From the NCBI GenBank assembly GCA_012295275.1, contig CM022670.1, positions 15,438,001 through 15,502,000 on the forward strand: a DNA stretch of 64,000 nucleotides. Direction: 5' to 3'. Both the position numbers and the translations under genes were made by a program. Shown here in pieces: positions 62,107-64,000 of this stretch. The notes below the pieces were generated by a model. The model was given only the letters and a program-made list of their open reading frames with translations, was not told where the DNA came from and made no database searches. This DNA comes from Chrysomallon squamiferum. Lineage: Eukaryota > Animalia > Mollusca. Position 1 is the stretch's first letter; the number at the start of each line of letters is the position of its first letter.

Positions 62107-64000
62107 AAATAATCATGGCACCCTGAAGACGTGTTGAACAAGGCAGCCATTGAGAGTAGATAATGACGACATCTCAAGAACCAGTACAGTTGTCTGCTCT
62201 CTTTATTTTTCATCCGTTACCACTTCACATCACTCAAGCTGTATCAAAAGCTGTTTTTGTTTCACTGATTGCTGTTAAATGTTATTCGTTGCAATACATG
62301 TAGATATACACTGTTAATTTTACTAGAAAATCATTTGCTCAGTTTGCAAAGGTAACCAGTCTTTTAGTTTACTTGTACATTTTGTTTAGTCTAATCATGT
62401 TGCAGTCTTTTCTTTTATCAGTGTTATTTTTTAATTATGCTAGTGTCTCACTTTTAGTGACATAGGAAGAACTATTTTTGTTATTCAGTGGCTCCTTTTA
62501 TTTTGCTCATTAAACTTGCTAATCTCCTCAGTTTAGCTATTACATTTATTTTTGTGTTACTAGTAAGATGACTTGAGCAGTTAATAGGTTCCTGTCAGAT
62601 GCTTAACAACTATTTTAAGAAAGGTCAAAACTGAATTTATTTGGTTATTTAACACATAACAAAAATAAATAAATAACCTTTGCAAATGTATTTCTATTTA
62701 CTCTTCCATTTTTAGTCAAATTTTATTAGTGAGTATTTTATAGACGTTTGGTTTTTTCTCCTTCTTCCTTGCATTTTATTTTAAATTAATTGTGTGTATG
62801 AACTGTTTTTGTTTGAACATTTCATTTAAAATGACATTGTAATTAATCACTAATGTTTCATTTTCTTTCCTGTGTAAATTTTCAGAGGGATTGGAATACT
62901 ATATTTCATTGTTAGATTTTCAAGCTCATTTTTTTAATCCATTATATTTGTTGGAATTTTCATTTTTCAAGAAGTACGTTATTGTTAGTAAAACTCAGTA
63001 ACTGAGTGAACTGAACTTGAGGATGTCGTATAATATTCTGAAAAACAAAAATTTATAGATTTTTTTTCTGTATATAAGGAAAATTGTAAATTCATTCACA
63101 TAATTATATATAATATTGTTTTTAAAAGCTTGCCATCTTTTTAGTGTTTTTATGCATGGAAATATATGTATAGGACCAATTTGATGTTGGCAGACATAAA
63201 AAGAGTGCCTGTCTTTTCTCTTTTATATATATATGTGTGTAAATCATGAACAATGAAATGAAGCTGTATGAATTTATGAAGTTATTTATGTATCTGCTAG
63301 TTGTAGACAAAAGCAGTCTTTGTTTTGTAAAATCACTTGTATCTAAATATGATTATATGGTCATTTCATGTCCAGCTTTTATATACATGTATATATATAT
63401 AACTATATTATATTAACATTTAGCCATATTCTTAACCCATTTTACATTTTATACACACAAAAAAAAAACACAAATGAAAATGGAAAAAAAAGAAGTTATT
63501 TTCATGGTTGTAAACTATACTGTGGTTTTTTAATTATATATAGAAGGCTTAAATATGTAGATTTAAGGGCATATTTTGTTTTAATTATTTTCTTTATTAC
63601 ATTTTCCTTTTAAATTATACAAATGCCACAATACTAATGCAATTGGTGCTTATGGAAATTGTGTACAAGCTGGACATGTTATTTTAAAATGAATATCACA
63701 CAGATTTTTGCTTTCCATACATTCATTGGTTGTTGTGGTATAAATTAAGCTGTGGTGTAGTGAACACATTCTGTAAAGTTGAACTGCCAGTAATTTTTTT
63801 TTCAACTTCTGCATCTTCTGGCAGTAACTTGAAAGATTTTTCAAAGCAAAGTGTATTTACTATTTAGTGTTCTTTTTGCACATTCATTTACAGTTAAATC
63901 TTTTTTATTTACAACTGATCATGTTCCAGAACCAGTAAGAGAGAAATGTAATATTCCAGATATGTCAGACTTAATCCACATAAATAGATTAGCAGAGATA
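62107..64000 (+). other. Probable 3' UTR / downstream region of the 4.1 gene
   Basis: AT-rich, CpG-poor, no credible ORF; AATAAA near 62664. The true end is unknown. Confidence 0.5.

Overview
AT-rich, microsatellite-dense eukaryotic genomic DNA from an invertebrate, plausibly a mollusc or other lophotrochozoan; the taxon is inferred, not shown. The window is dominated by one + strand gene, a protein 4.1/Coracle (EPB41-family) homolog of about 1000 aa. Manual splicing gives FERM exons at 41969-47339, an FA (FERM-adjacent) exon at 47633-47832, a long variable middle built from phase-0 exons at 48749-60092, and the 4.1 C-terminal domain at 59892-61944, with a terminal exon stopping at 62106. Several candidate alternative first exons (13650, 22287, 26364, ~37.2 kb, 39379, ~40.6 kb) lie across 28 kb upstream. 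The four coding ones end in phase 0, matching the common exon at 41969. The most notable signals are: a sharp CpG-depletion boundary at ~41.3 kb just after a YY1-palindrome promoter; 13 Rbfox TGCATG motifs confined to the variable-exon region; a splice-dependent C-terminal PDZ ligand (-NTAV*) versus -SRYA*; a frame-breaking 67-nt exon; a CpG-rich TIR element inside the CpG-poor gene body; a perfect DR4 nuclear-receptor element; and two minisatellites. No prokaryotic systems, RNA genes or CRISPR arrays were found. Most ORFs in the supplied track are microsatellite artefacts.
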